Below, piece after piece: positions 32,891-35,748 of a stretch of DNA of 35,748 bases; position 1 is the stretch's first letter; each line of letters starts with the position of its first letter. The stretch lies in NCBI GenBank assembly GCA_051942245.1, contig JAVECL010000211.1, forward strand, positions 1-35,748, given 5' to 3'. The notes beneath the pieces are model-generated. The model worked only from the letters and a program-made list of their open reading frames with translations. It was not told where the DNA came from and did not search any database. Source of the stretch: Trypethelium eluteriae (taxonomy: Eukaryota). The position numbers and the translations under genes are program-made.

Positions 32891-33365
32891 TCAGACCTCT
32901 TCTTCGCGAACCGCTTCATACCCACCCGCCCTCCTCCCATCCACAGCAGTCGGTACATCAAATAGCCTTGCGTATTTAACCGGCTCTCCACCCAGCTCCG
33001 CTTCGCCATTCTCTTTCCTTCTCAACCACTGGTTCCGCATCGTTCCAGAAATCCCTCCAATCCTTAAAGACCCCTCTGCTGAATGGGTTCGTTCTTCTTT
33101 GCGCAGCAGCATGAGAGTAGCCCTGGAAGCTATGGGATCTATCGAAGGCGATGAAGCCCTCTTTCTGCTTTAGACGGGGCGCGTGAGGAGTGATGGTAAA
33201 TGCGCTGGGCAGGGTAGTGACCAGATGTGGTCCTGTGCCAGAGGACGTAAGACCTGTGTCTTCCGCTTTCGGGGTTTCATCAGTGAGTGAGGTAGTTACC
33301 AGCATGGGGGGCGAATCGTGATCATGATGGTAATTGTGGGCTTTTACGCTTTCATAGGTGGTTGC
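32891..33365 (-). pseudogene. AKR1: Truncated, frameshifted 3' fragment of an Akr1-type DHHC palmitoyltransferase
   Basis: Reads ATTYESVKAH (TTxE motif)...GLTSSGTGP...RRTNPFSRGVFKDWRDFWNDAEPV, then a frameshift near 33027, then RKENGEAELGGEPVKYARLFDVP...GGYEAVREEEV*. This follows the fungal Akr1 C-terminus as I recall it. There is no DHHC, TM or ankyrin region upstream. Confidence 0.7.
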
Positions 33366-33610
33366 TGGTTATCATGACTTTATTCACAGCTATGGCATCC
33401 CTGTTGTGCGTTCTCTGCTTTGTTTAGGGGCATCTGATCCCATTTCCTGAATATTTCCTGTTTCGAAGGCGGTTGCCCTTCGACATCAATCCTTGTAGAA
33501 CCTTCGTTTCCATGGAGTTCTCCTTCTACTGGACCCAGCCTCAGCAAAACTCAACACTTGACACCAATTGGAGGCATAAAATTGGACGGATTCGGCTTAT
33601 TTGCCACAAC

Positions 33611-35143
33611 ATGGTCGACTATTTTGAGACACTCACCAGTGGATTGAGCGTTAACAGCTTTGATACCGAAGGCTACCTGCCCCCTCCTTTAAGCAACCCT
33701 CATATCTCCAGTGAACTCAGGGATGGGCTCATTGCATTTAGCTTCTTCGGTCTTCTATCTGTCATTACTACTTTTTGCGTCTTGGTCTTGATCGTCTATG
33801 GAATCATCAGTCAACGCCATGATCGAGGCAGAACCCTGATTCACAACCAGCTTCTGACACTCATTGCGAATCTATTCATAGCAGACATGCTGGAAGCCCT
33901 AGCAGGATGCATCAGCTTGCACTGGCTTCGACTTGGGAAGATGCTGGCACCGACAGCAGCCTGTTCTATTCAAGCTATACTGCTGCATATGGGAATTTTG
34001 TCAAACGGGCTCTTCGTCTTGGCTATCGCGGTGATCACCTGGGTGCACATTGTGTGGAGGGGGACCTTGAGGCGCTGGCTTTTCTATTCTATTATCGGAG
34101 GGATCTGGGCCTTCGCCCTAATTCTATCCTTCGAAGGACTGATTCGAAGTCCTCACGATTTCTTCGCTAGTATTGGACCCTGTGTAAGAGTGAATTCGGC
34201 TGTATACCAATTGTCGTACTGACAATGCATGTAGTGTTGGATCTCTCCATTACACAGGAACCAGGCGATTTGGCTGCTCTGCTTATGGGTTTTTGGAACC
34301 CAAACGCTCACAATCTTGATCTACACACACATATTCTTCAATCTGCGCACCCAAGTCAATCACTCTGATGCTCGATTCGCTGCGACCTCGAGGAGCGAAA
34401 GGGGTACCCATGATGCTTTGCGGAATTTAGCCGTTTTCCCCATTATCTTTCTTGCTACGAGCCTTCCTCTTTGCATAGCAATGACGATGGGTGTAGCAAA
34501 ACAATATGTTCCGCTCACCTTTGAGATTGTGGCAGGGATAATGGTCTCCTGGAGCGGGTGGATTGACTGTATTCTCTACACGCTTACTAGGAAAAAGCTC
34601 TTTTTTGGGGATCACGAAGGCGATCACGGTCTGTTTTCCAGAGTGATATCAATGCTGAGCAGGAAAAAAATGGCTAGGAAGATACCGAACGAACGACTCT
34701 CCCTGGGTACAACCCGCGATTTGTTGTCGACAATGAAAGGCAGCGAGAATCCTCAAGGCATGAACGGTATTTCTTCATGCCTGGAGGTCACAGACCCTGA
34801 AGAGATCCAAACGGTGACATCCGCCAATTCAACTGACAGGTCCACACTGCCGAGACCTCGAACTCCGTCGCCATTACAAATAAGTGATGGAGTACACCGA
34901 AGCAAAGCGAGTGGAGAACCAGTGTGCCTGCGGAGGATCAAAGGCGGGAAACTCGCACTGAGGGACAGTATTTTCAGCTCTCCTGGTCTTGGGGAGGCTC
35001 TAGAGGCGGCTGGTAGTGGTCTAAAAGCGAGATCGTTGAGTAGAATCGTGTCAAGAAATGATAGAAGAAGATCGAGCGCGCCGCCTAGGTTCCAATATTC
35101 ACCAACCGGAGAAACACACATTGAGCCTTATCCTGGGACTTGA
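33611..35143 (+). CDS. Seven-transmembrane GPCR, Git3/cAMP-receptor-like
   Basis: ATG at 33611. TM segments with HNQLLTLIANLFIADML, ACSIQA, FVLAIAVIT, GPC|CWIS (intron 34184-34234), FPIIFLATSLPL and SGWIDCILYTLTRK, followed by a long cytoplasmic tail. Confidence 0.85.
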
Positions 35144-35488
35144 TCTTTACTTTCCCTACAAATCCTTAAAAATCCAATCCTAATGTTGCGTGAACAGTAT
35201 TCGTTTTGCATCAGCGTTGTTTGGAGCGATTGAGAGATGTGTTAAGTAAAAGGCTAGGCCTCAAGGAGGAAACACTGAATGTGTCTATTGCAAGAATGCA
35301 TGAGATGTCTTTGGTCATCATGCATCGTATACAAACATACGAGTGAAATTTCGAGCCTTTCCGTTCAAGCCCCAGGGTATCCTTCCAAAACGCCCAAACC
35401 ACAATATCCAAAATCTCCAACAGCATTCGTCGATCCACAAAGCCCCACCATACCAGAACACTTAGAACACCACAGCCCCGCTCCACGC

Positions 35489-35748
35489 TCACCCCTCGAC
35501 CTCCAACATCCCCCTCAACGCCGCCCCACACGCCCTGGCCCACCGTCCCTTCTCCTCCAACTCCTCCGCATCCCCCCACCCCTCGCGCTTCCTGCGCGCC
35601 TCCCGCGCCGCCGCCACCGTCCCCTGCTTCTGCACCTCCAGCCGCCGCAGCTCCGAATCCAGCTCCGCCAGCTCGTGCGTCTTGCGCGGGAGGAGACTGT
35701 TTTGCAGCTCCGCGATCTGCGCATTCAGCTGCTCGAGCTCCGCGTCGC
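35489..35748 (-). CDS. 3' end of a coiled-coil protein, tentatively kinetochore Sos7-like (partial)
   Basis: Reads DAELEQLNAQIAELQ...AAAREARRKREG..ELEEKGRWARACGAALRGMLEVEG* with strongly GC3-biased codons. The family assignment is from memory of the C-terminal motif only. Confidence 0.55.
   Translation of the reverse strand, partial: DAELEQLNAQIAELQNSLLPRKTHELAELDSELRRLEVQKQGTVAAAREARRKREGWGDAEELEEKGRWARACGAALRGMLEVEG

Noticed and set aside
27200..33400. Starship or other autonomous transposon
   Set aside because: No tyrosine recombinase, DDE transposase or helicase gene, and no identifiable TIR or target-site duplication.
1..35748. tRNA, rRNA, CRISPR arrays or prokaryotic operons
   Set aside because: None recognised; the sequence is intron-containing fungal DNA.

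Overview
Eukaryotic DNA from a filamentous ascomycete (Pezizomycotina): short GT-AG introns with CTRAY branch points, and RIP-type CpA>TpA damage in a transposon remnant. A conserved core (about 9.8-27.1 kb) encodes an RBM5/10-like G-patch protein, a UBX protein, Mix17, mitoribosomal Mrp2/uS14m, an Arb2-domain protein, two BBE-like FAD oxidases, a conserved helical membrane protein and an NmrA-like reductase. An AspE-type septin lies at the left edge, and a Git3-like GPCR plus a partial coiled-coil gene lie at the right. Two accessory-looking islands flank the core. Island 1 (about 2.4-8.3 kb) holds an ankyrin remnant, two divergent PD-(D/E)XK nuclease-fold genes on either side of a RIP-damaged pogo/Fot1 transposase fragment, and a 179-aa Cys-rich secreted protein. 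Island 2 (about 27.2-33.4 kb) holds the best candidate system: an intact PD-(D/E)XK nuclease gene with a basic NLS, head-to-head with an intact atypical protein kinase gene. This looks like a two-gene version of the nuclease+kinase combination of Spok meiotic drivers and CR effectors, and a frameshifted Akr1 3' fragment lies next to it. All family calls come from motif recognition by eye; no database searches were run.
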